This document shows, piece by piece, positions 43,353 to 56,700 of a stretch of DNA of 64,000 bases. Positions within the stretch are counted from its first letter, which is position 1; each line of letters opens with the position of its first letter. Source of the stretch: a virus; IMG/VR virus record IMGVR_UViG_3300046787_000327, positions 1-64,000 of that record; one strand, 5' to 3'. Position numbers and translations under genes: made by a program. The notes below the pieces were generated by a model that saw only the letters and a program-made list of their open reading frames with translations, ran no database searches and was not told the DNA's origin.

Positions 43353-44261
43353 ATGGAAGTTATGAGAGTTCCACCCTATCCTTTAACGACTAAATGGACA
43401 CTACCCATACCAGATTATGAGTATGTTGTCTACGTTGAGGATTTGGTGGATCACTCATTTACAGAGACCAATATATCTTCTGATGAAAATGGTGTATTGA
43501 TCTATGAGTTACCTTTGTCACAAGTTCAATATGACCGTAAGTTCTTTATTAAATTCTACGATACAGAAAAAGAACACACATTATATGAAAGCAACCTAGA
43601 CATTATTCGTCCCTATGTCAATCCAGAAACATTAGGAACAACAGCAAGTGAGATCGCAGAATACAAAATGCTTGAACTCATTGCTCGCTCTATTGTCGAT
43701 ACTATTATTAATGATGGTTTTTATAACCACAAACAAGTTATCCAGTGCGTAGGCCAGGGTAGCGATTACTTACCACTATGGGTAGATTCATACAAAGTAC
43801 TAAAGGTATACGAGAACAATGTTTTAGTATTTGATGTTGATACACCAGAGTCAAATATTTATGATTATAAGATTACTTTAGACAATACTGCAGTTCAACG
43901 AGTTGTGACTGGTGCATACAATAACAATGAAATCGCACCACCAAATATGCCAGTTGCTCGTGGAGACTTAGGGTACTATGGATACCAAACAGTTTCTTTT
44001 CCACAGGGTTATGATTACACACTGATTGTTGATACAGGATATAAGGCTATCCCATCAGATGTTGAAGCAGCAGTTACAATGCTTATTGAAGATATTAAGT
44101 GTGGCAAGTTAGACTACTATAAGCGTTATGTAACAGCATACAATACAGATCAGTTTAGAATTCAATTTGATAAGTCCCTTCTTGAGGGTACTGGCAATAT
44201 GATCGTCGATAAGATTTTGGATAAGTATTCTAATACAATTACTAAACCTGGGTTGTTATAA
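43353..44261 (+). CDS. Head-tail adaptor
   Basis: GY..IP.DV..A...L; position. Confidence 0.65.
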   Translation: MEVMRVPPYPLTTKWTLPIPDYEYVVYVEDLVDHSFTETNISSDENGVLIYELPLSQVQYDRKFFIKFYDTEKEHTLYESNLDIIRPYVNPETLGTTASEIAEYKMLELIARSIVDTIINDGFYNHKQVIQCVGQGSDYLPLWVDSYKVLKVYENNVLVFDVDTPESNIYDYKITLDNTAVQRVVTGAYNNNEIAPPNMPVARGDLGYYGYQTVSFPQGYDYTLIVDTGYKAIPSDVEAAVTMLIEDIKCGKLDYYKRYVTAYNTDQFRIQFDKSLLEGTGNMIVDKILDKYSNTITKPGLL

Positions 44262-44707
44262 TGATTTGCGAAACACCAGATTTCATGTTTCCAATGCAAG
44301 CAGATATCTTTTATCCAATTGTGTCCCAAGGTCTTTACGGAGATCTTAATAAGCAGTGGATCATAGATAAAACAATCATTGGTAATTTTATTCCACTTAG
44401 CAAGTCTGGCAAAGAAGAAATTACACCCAATGTAAATATCACCAAGGAGTCAATTTTGGTGGGTAGAGTCAAGCATGACATTCGTATCTCAACCAAAGAA
44501 GATGGTAACTCTGTAACTAACATTATTGTCACAAACATTAAAGATAGAAATGGCAACGCCGTATACACAGAGACTTCTGGCCCACGTAAGGGCAAGTCTA
44601 CGATATACGAAATAGCCACCCAGGAGCCTTATCTAGGCCCTTTTGGAAGCGTGGAGTACTACAATGTGGTATTGCGTAGATCTGAGAACCAGGCGAGTGA
44701 CGCATGA
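44261..44707 (+). CDS. Head closure/stopper-like protein
   Basis: Position and size. Confidence 0.5.
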   Translation: MICETPDFMFPMQADIFYPIVSQGLYGDLNKQWIIDKTIIGNFIPLSKSGKEEITPNVNITKESILVGRVKHDIRISTKEDGNSVTNIIVTNIKDRNGNAVYTETSGPRKGKSTIYEIATQEPYLGPFGSVEYYNVVLRRSENQASDA

Positions 44708-45378
44708 TTAAAGTTAAAATGAATAGTGCAGCATTTCGCAAAGACATGGAAAATATCATAGACTACTCAACTGGATTCCTTGAGGGTGTTCAACTTGGCA
44801 AAACACAGTTTTTAAAAAATCTAGGTCCAGCGATTACAGAGCAAGCCTCACAGTTCATTGATGCGAATGCTAGAGTAGATTATCAATCATTGCACCATGT
44901 TTACGAATGGTCTCAGACTGGTAGTCCAGATGGCAGACTCTTTGATATCAACTTTACAGTAAGCAATCTTGGCTTATCATTTACTTCAAATATGAAGCAG
45001 TCTCAGTCTATAAAAGAAGGCTCTAGAGTTCCATTTGCAAACAAGGCAAATGTTATGGAAAAGGGAACGGCAGTAACTATTGCTCCAGTAAATGGAGAGG
45101 CGTTAAGATTTGAAGTAGGCGGAGAAGTTGTCTACACAAAGAAGCCAGTCATTGTACAAAATCCTGGAGGAAATACTCAGGGTCAGTTTGAGAATGTTTG
45201 GGATATGTTCTTTGGAAAATACTTTACGCAGGCATTCCTAAGATCAAGTGGTATTGCTCAGTACTTCTCTAAGCCAACAGTATACAAGCAAAACCTATCT
45301 GCTGGTAAAAAAGGCGGAAGACAAACTGGATTATCCATTGGATCTAAGTGGGTAGCAAACGCAGGGAAGGTATCATAA
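44704..45378 (+). CDS. Neck/tail completion-like protein
   Basis: Position. Confidence 0.45.
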   Translation: MIKVKMNSAAFRKDMENIIDYSTGFLEGVQLGKTQFLKNLGPAITEQASQFIDANARVDYQSLHHVYEWSQTGSPDGRLFDINFTVSNLGLSFTSNMKQSQSIKEGSRVPFANKANVMEKGTAVTIAPVNGEALRFEVGGEVVYTKKPVIVQNPGGNTQGQFENVWDMFFGKYFTQAFLRSSGIAQYFSKPTVYKQNLSAGKKGGRQTGLSIGSKWVANAGKVS

Positions 45379-45914
45379 TGGCAGAGTCAACACTAAACAC
45401 ACCAGGGCTGTGGGTAAACAAGTACCTACAAGAAAAGATATTTAATAACACAGACATTGCTATTCCATTTTTCCCACCAAGACCAACCACTATTGATGAC
45501 CTAACTGAGCAGTGGATTGTTATTAATGATGAAAGAATATCCTACCAAGGCGTTGTAGCCACGTATGACAGACTTATCAGAATGAGAAGGTCTCCATTCC
45601 CACATATCAAGTGTGAGCAGTTATTATACTATTTTTATGCAACCCAAGAAAATGTTACAGAAAGCATGGTCAGAATTCAAGAGGCAGTCCTAAGACTTAT
45701 GGACCGTGGGGACGAAACAGCCGAAGAGATCAACAACTGGGCTAAAGGAAAGACCATCGGAGGTCTTGAGCCAAAATTCTACTTCCACAACTTCAAGGTC
45801 TATCAACTAGAAGAGGTTAGAGATATCATTGATTTCGGAACAGCCAGAACATATGGCGGAAATAAGATTATTATTGATTTTGATTATCACCAGCATAACG
45901 ACATAACCAAGTAG
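45378..45914 (+). CDS. Tail terminator-like protein
   Basis: Position just before the tail tube gene. Confidence 0.45.
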   Translation: MAESTLNTPGLWVNKYLQEKIFNNTDIAIPFFPPRPTTIDDLTEQWIVINDERISYQGVVATYDRLIRMRRSPFPHIKCEQLLYYFYATQENVTESMVRIQEAVLRLMDRGDETAEEINNWAKGKTIGGLEPKFYFHNFKVYQLEEVRDIIDFGTARTYGGNKIIIDFDYHQHNDITK

Positions 45915-45997
45915 GTTATTTTACCATAAAAGGGATGTTATAATTGTAACGAGGAAACAAGCCCTTTATTCTATAAGAAAAAAAGAGGTGAAACACT

Positions 45998-46624
45998 ATG
46001 GCAGAATATACAAGAGGTACTAGCAACAACATCATCGTTGGTGCTGCAGCACTTTTTACATACGAAGCAGGCGTTTTAACAGACGCCGACCTTCCAGCAT
46101 ACGTAGATGGCGATTCATTCCGTAAGACACTTACAAATGACGCTGACTTCCGTAACGTTGGATACACAATGAACGGCCTTGAGATCCAGTTCCAACCTGA
46201 CTTCGGTGAAGTTAAGGTTGACCAGGTTCTTGACGTTGCTAAGTTGTACAAGCAGGGAATGCAGGTCTCATTGAAGACAACATTCGCTGAATCAACTCTT
46301 GAGAACCTTTTGTTCTCATTAGCAGGTAAGGATTCAGACCTCGCATCAGCAGGTGGAAATCCAACACTCAACCTTACTGCAGGAGACATCGGCGAATGCC
46401 CTGTTGAGCGTGGTTTGGTTGCAGTAGGTCCAGGTACAGGTGACTGTGCTGTTGGATCAGAACTCGAAAGAGTCTATGTTGCATACCGTGCACTCTCAAT
46501 TGAGAATGTTACAGTATCTGCAAAGCGTGACGAGGCGACAATGTTCGAAGTATCATTCCGCCTACTTCCAAATGACAATGCGTCATATGGTAAGATCGTT
46601 GACCGCACAGTACCAGCATCATAA
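45998..46624 (+). CDS. Major tail (tube) protein
   Basis: IIVGAA, VGYT..G, VDQ; high-expression codon bias; followed by a terminator. Confidence 0.85.
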   Translation: MAEYTRGTSNNIIVGAAALFTYEAGVLTDADLPAYVDGDSFRKTLTNDADFRNVGYTMNGLEIQFQPDFGEVKVDQVLDVAKLYKQGMQVSLKTTFAESTLENLLFSLAGKDSDLASAGGNPTLNLTAGDIGECPVERGLVAVGPGTGDCAVGSELERVYVAYRALSIENVTVSAKRDEATMFEVSFRLLPNDNASYGKIVDRTVPAS

Positions 46625-46640
46625 TACAACTAAATATGAG

Positions 46641-46673
46641 AGGCTCAATCCTTCGGGGTTGGGCCTTTCTTTT
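46641..46673 (+). terminator. Intrinsic terminator with a cUUCGg tetraloop
   Basis: AGGCTCAATCC-TTCG-GGGTTGGGCCT then TTCTTTT. Confidence 0.85.
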
Positions 46674-46688
46674 TGGTATACTTATATA

Positions 46689-47372
46689 ATGGCTACAGAA
46701 GTTTATAAAACAGGAACGGTATACCTTGTCGACGGGACAGAGTTAGAGATCTCACCCCTTAAGATTAAGTATTTACGTAAATTCATGGAAGACTTTGAAA
46801 ATGTCAGAAAAGCCAATGGCGAAATTGAGGCAATATCTGAGTTGGCTAAATGTGGGATGCTTTGCATGAAACAGTTTAAGCCAGAACTTTCTAGATCAAT
46901 TGAAGACTTTGAGGATGCATTTGACCTAAAGACTGTTTACAAGATTTTAGAGTATGCAGCAGGAATCAAGATTGATTCAGATTCAGACGAATCAGTAAAG
47001 AAGCAGGCGGTAGACTCTGGATCTTCTTGGGAAGACCTTGACCTTGCCAAGTTAGAGTCGGAGGTATTTTTGCTGGGGATCTGGAAAGATTATGACGAAT
47101 TAGAAAGATCTCTGTCTATGCAAGAGATAACAGCCATACTTAACATAAAGAGAGAAGAAGACTATTCTCACAAAAAATTCCTTGCTGCAATGCAAGGTGT
47201 AGATTTAGACAAGGGTAAAGATAACTCTAACGCCTGGGAAGAGATGAAGGCTAGAGTCTTTAGTGGTGGCAATGCAGCAAACTCTAAGGACATCGTTGCA
47301 CTACAAGGAGTCAATGCACAGAAGGCTGGATTTGGAATTGGCATGGGGCTAGAGTATGAAAGAATTGGCTAA
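46689..47372 (+). CDS. Tail assembly chaperone, long (GT-like) form
   Basis: Leaderless start; N-terminal half paralogous to 47424; W.....L...LS..E T-like C-terminal half. Confidence 0.65.
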   Translation: MATEVYKTGTVYLVDGTELEISPLKIKYLRKFMEDFENVRKANGEIEAISELAKCGMLCMKQFKPELSRSIEDFEDAFDLKTVYKILEYAAGIKIDSDSDESVKKQAVDSGSSWEDLDLAKLESEVFLLGIWKDYDELERSLSMQEITAILNIKREEDYSHKKFLAAMQGVDLDKGKDNSNAWEEMKARVFSGGNAANSKDIVALQGVNAQKAGFGIGMGLEYERIG

Positions 47373-47423
47373 AATTAAGCATGCGCTATGGTATAATTAA
47401 CTAACAAACCTATTGGAGGAATA

Positions 47424-47735
47424 ATGTCAGAAAACACACCAAAGAAGATCACCCTTATTGATGGAACAACCGTCGAGGTTCGTCCACTTAAGATTTCTTT
47501 GCTAAAGCCATTTATGAAGCGATTCGCAGATCTCGCTGAGGTTTCAGAAGACAATGATGAGTCAATGAATGTACTCCTAGATTGCGTAGAGATTGCATTT
47601 AAGCAATATATGAAGGAAGCCGTAACCCGTGAAGAACTCGAAGAAAATATCGATCTCCCAACGGTGTATGAAGTAATTGATGCAGCATCTGGTATTCAAC
47701 TAACAGATCCATCAGCACTTCTTGCAGGAAGATAA
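47424..47735 (+). CDS. Tail assembly chaperone, short (G-like) form
   Basis: Position before the tape measure; GGAGG RBS. Confidence 0.65.
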   Translation: MSENTPKKITLIDGTTVEVRPLKISLLKPFMKRFADLAEVSEDNDESMNVLLDCVEIAFKQYMKEAVTREELEENIDLPTVYEVIDAASGIQLTDPSALLAGR

Positions 47736-47764
47736 TTAAATAAAAGAATGGGGTGTTATGAAAA

Positions 47765-50700
47765 GTGTCAGATGTAAATGCTAATATCGGTATTGAGTTT
47801 GACACCTCCAACGCCCTCGCACAGTTAAGACAGTTACAGGCTGGTCTAAGTAGATTCAACCAGTCCCTTACAGAGGGAAATGTCGCTGCTGCAAATGCAC
47901 AAAAGGGATTAAATGCACAACTTGTCCAGTCTATTAATGCGACTGGCAAGTTTGTTGCATCCCAGAAAAACATAACTTCAAGCACTGCTTCTTTTACTGA
48001 GGCACTTGAAAAGAACAAACTTAGCATGGGGCAGTACTTTAGGTACACCGCTGCTGCTGCCACACAAAATAGCAAGGTGTTCTCTAATGCTTTCAAGCAG
48101 GAGAAGGATACCCTTAATCGGGCAATGAAGGATAGAGTTAAATCTCTGCAAACCCAGTATGTGCAGTTGACAAATGCTAATGGCGATCTTATCAAAGTTT
48201 TGCAGGTAGTTCCAAAGCACCTTAGAATGGTCAATGGCCAGTATGCTGACTATGCAACAAGAACTCAGATGGCTGCTCAAAGACAGCAGTTCCTTAATCA
48301 ATTAATTAAGCAAGGTTCTACACAACTTCTAAACTTTGGTAAGAATACACAGTGGGCTGGCCGTCAGTTGATGGTTGGTCTTACAATTCCATTAACAATG
48401 CTCGGCACCGCAGCAGCAAAATCTTTTAGAGAGATGGAACAGGCAACCATAAAGTTTACAAGAGTCTACGGAGATATGGCTACAAGTCTTGGAGACACTG
48501 ACAAGGCTGTCAAAGAAATTCAGTTGCTTGCTAAAGAATTCACAAAGTTTGGTATTGCAGCAACAGAAACAATGACAATGGCTGCAGATGCTGCAGCAAT
48601 GGGTCTAACAGGTGCAGCACTTCAAGCACAGGTTATCAATGCAACAAAACTTGCAGTACTTGGTCAAGTTGAACAGCAACAGGCTTTAGAGACAACAATC
48701 TCATTGACTAACGCATTTGGAATTGCTTCTACAGATTTAGCAAATAAGATTAACTTTCTTAACGCAGTAGAGAACCAAACCGTATTATCTATTGAGGACC
48801 TAACAGTTGCTATTCCAAAGGCTGGTCCAGTAGTTAAGCAACTTGGTGGATCCGTAGAAGATCTTGCATTCTTTATGACTGCCATGAAGGAAGGTGGAAT
48901 CAACGCATCAGAAGGTGCTAACGCACTAAAGTCTGGTCTTGCCTCTATGATTAACCCTTCAAAGAAGGCTAGCGAATTTCTTGCTGGTCTTGGAATTAAT
49001 ATTAAGGGGCTCGTTGAAGCAAACAAGGGAGACCTTAAAGGAACAGTTGTTGGATTTGCTAGAGCATTAGACACACTTGATCCACTTAACCGTGCTCGTG
49101 CAATCGAACAGTTGTTTGGTAAGTTCCAGTTTGCTCGTCTTTCAACTTTGTTTAAGAACGTAACATCAGATTCATCTCAGGCAGCCCGTGCACTTGGTCT
49201 TGCAGGAGCGTCAGTTGAAGAGTTGGCAATCCTGTCTGAGCGAGAATTGGGCAAGGTTGAAAATGCTGTAGGAGTAAAGTTCCAGAAGCAACTAGAAAAC
49301 ATTAAGTTACAACTTGTTCCAATTGGTAAAGCATTCTTAGAAGCAGTTACACCAGTTGTTCAGTTCGCTGGCAAGATTCTTGAAAAGTTTAACAATCTAT
49401 CAGATGGTACAAAAAAGTTTGTTGTAGGCTTTATTGCAATACTCGGCGGTATAGCACCAGTAGCACTCATGACTGTTGGTCTTGTTGCTAATGGTGTTGC
49501 TAACCTAATTAAGTTCTTTGGTATGCTTCGTGGAGGAATGGCAAAACTTAATGGCCAAAACAATGTACTTGGTGGTGGGTTTGATTATCTGACACAAGCA
49601 GAGATTGACAATCTAGCACAAACAGAAGCACTCCATGTTTCTCACTCAGAACTTATTTCTACATTTAATGTTGAAAAGACATCAGTTGATCTTCTTGCAC
49701 AAGCATATGCAAATGCTGCATCACAAGCCAGAGCACTTGCTTCTGGATCACCAGGACTATTTAATGCAACCCCAGGTGCAGTAGGAGCAGTTTCAGGACT
49801 TCCTAAATTTGCTAATGGAAAGGTTCCAGGTAACGAATCTGAAGGAGATAGCGTTCTTGCACTAGTTGCACCAGGTGAAACTATTGTTCCAACAGATAAG
49901 TCAAAGAAGTATGGTCCACTGCTCAAGGCTATTATGGGCGATAAACTTCCAGGATACATTAAGGGCAAGAGAGCAATAACATCTGATCAAGAATCTTTTA
50001 TTTCTCAAACAGCAAGCATCGCTCCATCACAAGCAGGTGTTGCAGATGAGATGGCAAAGCAATTAGAGTTTATTAATAAGGCATCTGCTGAAAAACTTAT
50101 TGCGTATGCCAGAGCAACTGGTAGAAATGTAACAGATGCAAGCGAAGAGACTCTAGAAGAATTGAGAAAATCTCTTGTTACAGATGTAGAAAAAATCTTT
50201 ACCAGTGTTGCAGAGACAGCAAGAGAAAAAGGAAAAGAAGTAACAGTAAGTGCACTCAAGTCAGCAACAAAGAAAAAGGGCACTGCAGGAGATTCCAGCA
50301 TTCATGAATTTTATAACCCAAGAGCAAACCAGCAGCAGTCAACACAGTTTGGGCATGCAGAAACATCAAAAACTTACAAGGTAGATCAGTTATCACAGGT
50401 TGCAAAAATTACAGACGCCAAGGCAAATGCCGAAGCAGATGCAATTATAAATGCAATTAACAACTACAATAAGAAGAATGGCACAAGCGTTGAAATGCCA
50501 AAAGCAACACCAGTAAGTGGTTTTGGATTTGACATGAGAGGTGAAATTAACAAGGCCATGAATGATGGTGCTATGCAACTTAAAGATGGCACAGATACAA
50601 TCGATGCTTTTATGAAAGATTTCAAAGAGCGTGGGATTGAAAAATGGAGAAAGTCTGTTGAAATTGGTGGGGGTAACTTTGAACAGTTATCTTCATCTTT

Positions 50701-53700
50701 AAAGATTTATGATGATAAGATATTAGAGTCAGTCCAAGCATGGAAGACTGCAAACCCAGGTAAGGCATTTACTGATACAGAGTTTATGAAGATTGAGCAG
50801 AGTGTTCGCTCACAAGTAACTAATGTTGGTGAAGGCCTAGGGGCAGTGTTTGAAGAAGCAAGAAATACTGTTACAGCAATCAGACTTAAGTTAACTAAGG
50901 TTCAAAGAGACATCCTAAATGATGATGCTGTTGCAAGAGGAGATGTTGCACCAGGAGAAAAGAAGTATGCTGATGATAGAACAACCTATCAAATGGGCGG
51001 AACTGAAAGAAGAAACTCTACTGGCTATGGAAAGTTTATTGATGATGAACTAACAGATGCAGAAAATGCTGCAGAAACAAAATCTCCTTCAGAGAGAACA
51101 AGAAGACTTGGTGTCAATATTGGTGAAGGTTTAAGAATAGGCCTTGAGCAAAAAACTAATGAAGTAAGATCTCAAGCAGACCAACTTGCCGATGCAGCAA
51201 TTCCAAAAGTAGATACTGCAAACCAAGCAAAGTATAACAATCTCAAGAGTGATCCATATGAAAGACAAGTTCAAAAGTCTATTGATAGACAAAATAGAAA
51301 ACTTTATGGACCAGCAACTCCTGTAGTTGCACAGCCGTCTTCATCTACTGAGACATCAATGACCGTAGATATTGATCCTCAAGCACTCATGGCTGATATG
51401 GCTGCAGCAAAGGCTGCTCGAAAGAGAGCAAAAGAATTAGATAGACAAGCATCAGAAGCAGAAGCAGCAGCAGCCAAGATGAGGGCTGAAGCAGCAAAGT
51501 GGGAAGAGATTGCTGCTAGAGAAAATAACCAAAACATTTATACCAATGAAAATGTTCGTGTTTTACAAAAGCAAGCAGATGCAGTAGAACTTAAAGCAGC
51601 ACAGTTAAGAATTCAGGCTGCAGAAGAAAGATCAAAGGCTGTAACAAAGTCTAAGAAATCTGGAACAGTTGCAGATGGAGCCAAGAATGTTAAGGCTGCA
51701 GCAAAAGAAGCGGGTAAAACTAGAGGTGCTCAAGAGCAGGTAACCGATGCTACAGAAAACGTTGCACAAGAGCAGGTTAAGTATGGTAATGAGGTAAAGA
51801 AGTCTAAGAAGAGAGCAAAGCAAAATGCAGATGCTTCTGGAGATGTCTTAATAGCAGAAGAAGATATTGCAAGAAATGCTAACCTTACCGCAACTGCGAC
51901 TAATACACAAGCACAGAATACTCTTACAACAGCAGAGTTAACTCAGGCAACAGAGAATGTTTTACAGGATTCTCTAGATAATAATGAGCAGATTGCTAGA
52001 GCAGAAGACGATAGAGCGAAGTCTGCAGAAGAAATTGCTAAACTTGAAAATGATATTGAAGCACAAAAGAGAAAAGAAAAAGAGGCTGGGCAAGCAGCAC
52101 TTGCTGCACGTATGGCAGGACCAGTCATCCCTGAAGGGTCTCAAACAGATCAAAAAAATGTTAACCCATTAACAGCAATGGGGTATGAAGATGCATATGA
52201 TGAGGCTTCAACTTACACAAGAGACAAGGATGGTCAAATCTTATTTGATCCAGAACTTGGTCCAAATGGTGAGAAGAATCCAACAACAATGACTCAAAAG
52301 CAAATCACAAAGAAGAAGCGTGGCATGCGTAGAGAAAAGGTTGGCAAGTATTCTGGTAAGGCTTCTGGTGCTTTAGGTATGGCAACTATGGCAGCAGGCA
52401 TGATGGGTGCACCACCACAGGTAACAGCAGCACTTGGTGCGGCTTCAACCGTTGCACAGTTTGCTCCTATGCTCGCAGGTATGGGGCCAGTTGGTTGGGC
52501 AGCAGCAGGAATCATGGCAGTAGGTGCAGGAGCCTATATGCTAAATAAGCACTTCAATAAGATGGCTGCCGAGGCAGCAAAGTTTGCAACATCAACTTCA
52601 GCAACTCGTGAGAGTATGAAGAAGATGGGTGAGATGACTGGCAGGGTCGGGGCATCTGAAATTATGGATCGTCGTAGAACTACAACTAGATACAATAAGT
52701 ACAGCGACTCCGTTAAGATGAATACAACCTTTGGAAATAAGTTCCTAGGGTCAGACCTTGGAAAAGACACAAAGAAGGTTTTCCAAGAAAATGTTAAGAA
52801 GATGGGACTTGAGCAGGCAACTAGTGACTTGTCTCTTAAACTTGCTGCCCAGATTGCAGATGGCGTACTCGATAAAGACCAGGCAGAATCAATCGCTGCA
52901 TCTCTTGCACTCTCATTAAAAGATAAAAGCATTGAAATGCAGGTTACTGGAAAACTAAGAACTCTTATTGGTCCAGATGGAGAAAACTTAAAAGATAAGC
53001 CATTAAAGACAAGACTTTTGCTTGTTGCTACAGCAAGACAGAGAAGCGAAAAACAACTTAAGACTATTGATGAAAAGAAGGCTAAGGGTGAATCTGTAAG
53101 AAAAGATATTGCTATGCTTGCTGCATACAATATGAACAACCTAGAACTTGCCACGATGGTTGCTGATCAAGTTGAAAATGAGTTTGAGATTCAAAAGAAG
53201 AAACTAGAAACTGAAATTGCTTCAACAACAAATCTACAGAAAAAATTAGAACTAGAAAAGCAACTGAAGACACTTACTGCAAACAATGTTGCAGATCAAC
53301 AAAGAACAAGCCAAGAAATATTGATGAATATTGCTCAGGCAGAAATTGACTTCCAGAAAGTATTTAGTGATACTGGAATCGGTGGCCAGGCAATGCGAGA
53401 GGATGCATACTTTGATGCGTCTAGATCAACTGTCGAATCAGCCTATAAGGGCACATCAGAAGAGGCTGCTGCTAAGAAATTCTTAGATAGAACAAAGGGC
53501 CTACAGGATGGAGCAGAGACTGGAAAGTACAATGCAAACACTGGAACATATCAAAAGAACGGTCTAGGAACAGAGAAAGCAGCGCAAACATTCCAAGCAA
53601 AAATGGAAATGATGGTAGGAAGCAAAGCAATCAGCCCTACAGAGGCAAATGCCTGGATGAGTCTTTTTAGTGGAAGACTGAATGAATTAGATCTAGCAAT

Positions 53701-56700
53701 CAACACAAGCATTAAGCAAAATGGACTTGGTAAGACCAAAGAACTTTTTGGAATGTTTGAAGGTTTTACAAAGAAAAAAGTAGCAACGCAAATGATCCAG
53801 GAGATCTTGTTAACTAAAAAAGATCCTGCAGAGTTCGATGCAATTATGGAGACTCTTGCCAACCTTAAATCTCTAGATGGAACTGCAATTGACATGGAGG
53901 TGCTTGTTAGTGCAATCGGTCTTCCTGGTATTCAAAAGTTACAGGAAGAGTTTGATGCTATTGAAAAAAGAAAAGATGAATTAAAAAAGAAGGACAAGAA
54001 GTTTACTTTAGAAGATGAAGTAAAGAGTGCTGGCACATCTGCTCCTGCAGTTCAAGCACTTATTGGTGATGAAGAAAAAAGAAAAAAGTTTGATGCTTTA
54101 TCAAGAGAAGCACAGGCAGACTTTTTACAGAAACTAGCAGGAGCCTATGCATCTCAGTCGCAAGTTGATGATGCAACGCTTGCCCTTGAAGCAGAGAAGC
54201 AAGCAAAAACTCTCTTATGGATGGAGGGAGTAAAAGATAGTGACAAGGACTATCAAACAAAACTAAAGGCATATGTTGATACGTATCTTTCAAAAACTGA
54301 TTCTGAAAGAGCAGTAGACTCTCTAGATATGTACCTAGATCCAACAATTGATACAAAGTCTGCTCCTGGTGGTGGCATTGAGGATGGAAAGAAAGAAAGA
54401 GATACCACCTATGATGAACTGAATAAGAGGCTCAGAAATGTACGCCTTGCATCAATCAATGCTGCTGGTGGTATAGGTGAACTTACAAAAGCACTTGCAA
54501 AGACTGGTATAAAAGCAATCAATGATCAGTTCAGAGGACTTGAGCAACAACTAATTAAAACAGGTAAGGCTGGTCAGTTTGTAGACTATCTTGCTGGACT
54601 AGATCAGGATCAACTTAATAAGTTTGGTAAGGCAGCAACCAAAAAGGGTATTGACCCAAACACGGGCAAGAAGAAGTCTGGAGTTAAGGTTGGAGACTTT
54701 ATTCTTAATGCCACAGGGCAAAAGATGGAGAAAGGCTTTAATAAGGCCATCATCGGTGACTATAATAATGCTCAGGTTCGTTCTGTTGAATTAAATAAGC
54801 AAGAGATTGCAGCACGAACTAAACTTCTTGCACTAGGGTTCCAAGAGTCAGATATCCGAACTATGCTCGCTGATGAAAATTATAGAACACTGATCGCAAC
54901 AGGTAAGGTAACACAAAAAGAATTAGAAACAAATGCTGCACTTACAAAGCAAGCAAGAATTAGAGCATCTATTAGTGGTGCAGTTGCAGGGTTTAAAGAT
55001 AAGCAACAGACCGCAGACAGCCAAAAGCGTATTCCAGAAGTTGTTCAGATGCTACAGATGGCCAACATTAGTGCTGAAGGAATTAGTTCTGTTATATCAG
55101 ACCCAGCAATGCTTGATACCCTAATTGATGGTATGGACAACTTTGCAGGTCTTGGACAAGATGCACAAGATGAATTTAGAACACTGCTAGATCAGATTAA
55201 TGAGATACCAGCACAAAAGATTATCGAGTTAGTATTTACTCAAACTACAGAGCAGAAGGCAATCGCAGGAGCCGAAGCAGCAGTACAAATGTTTGATGCA
55301 TACAAGCAAATAGATGAAAACACTATCAAGAACAGTAAGGGTAACACATTTGCTGGACTTCAAGCAATGATGGAAGATTTAAACAATCAGGCAAAGATTG
55401 TTCAGAATGGTATCAATCTAACTCAATCTAGAATTGATGACCTGCAAAAAGAGGTAGATGCGGATCAAAGAAATATTGAAACTAAATTTACTCGACCAAT
55501 AGAAGCCAAGCAAAAAGCGATTGATAAGTTAAATAGATCAGCAGAGATTAACTTTGTTAGACCAATCCAGGCACTTCAAGAAAGATCTAACGTACTTTCA
55601 CATGACCTAGATGTTATGAACCATGCTGCAGAAGAAATTAATAAGAAGTATGATAAGCAGCAAGAAGCATTACAAGAAGTTGCTAAGGTTAATCAGCAAA
55701 TCATTGCTCAACAACAACAACAACTTGGTCTTGCAGATGCATTGTCTAAGGGTGACATCTCAGCAGCAGCAAAGGCTGTTCAAGATATGCGAGCAACCAA
55801 TGCTAGCAACTATGCTCAGAACTCTCAAGAAGCATTGCAAAAGGCAAGAGAGAATGAAGTCAAGGGTCTTAAGGGTGGCGTCAGTGGATTAACCCAAGAT
55901 CAAATTCAAGAAGAGCAGTATCAAATTGGCCAACAGACATATGCCTTAGAACAGCAGAAGGCGTTAGTTGATAAGCAAATTCTTGCTATCCAAGATGAAA
56001 TCTATACACTTGAGCAATCAAGACTTGTAGCACTTGATGCAATTCAGGTTAAGACAGACAAGATTGCTAGTATTGTTAATGGTGAACTGCTAGACCAGCA
56101 GACTAAGTTAAAGAAGATTACTGATCAAAACCTTGAGTACCAATCACAAAGCGATCTTCTTGCAGCAATCATTACTGCAAACGACAAGGCTCGTGTCATA
56201 TCTGATAAAACAAGAGCAGCATGGGATGCAACCCTTATTGCTGCTAAGGCATCAGAAACATTACTCAAGGGCGAATTGGCTACTGCACTTGGTATTGCAG
56301 CAGCAGAATCTGGAAAGATTCAAACTTCCTGGGAAGCAATTAAAAAATCCTACGATGCAATTCAGGGTAAGTCACTTGAGGTTAAGAATACAGTTGTAGA
56401 TGAGTACATGCCAGACACTAAGGATAAGAATACTACAACTCCACCTGTTACAACACCTACTGTGAGTGCAGCAGACAAGGCAGCATCTGTAGCATACACA
56501 AATCCAAATCTTACAGCAGCAGAGCAAGCAGCAGCGATCAATTACAAAACTGCTACCCCATCTGCTTCTGATATTATTGCAGCAAGAAAAGCGAAGTACG
56601 GATACCTGTCTTCTGGTGGTCTGGTTCCTAAGTACTTTGCAGCAGGAGGGTATGCAAGGGGTACCGATACAATTCCAGCAATGCTCACACCAGGAGAATT

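Noticed and set aside
46440-46688. N-terminal extension of ORF 46440 as a tail-tube frameshift product
   Set aside because: It would read through a strong terminator and a promoter; no slippery site recognised; the leaderless start at 46689 fits better
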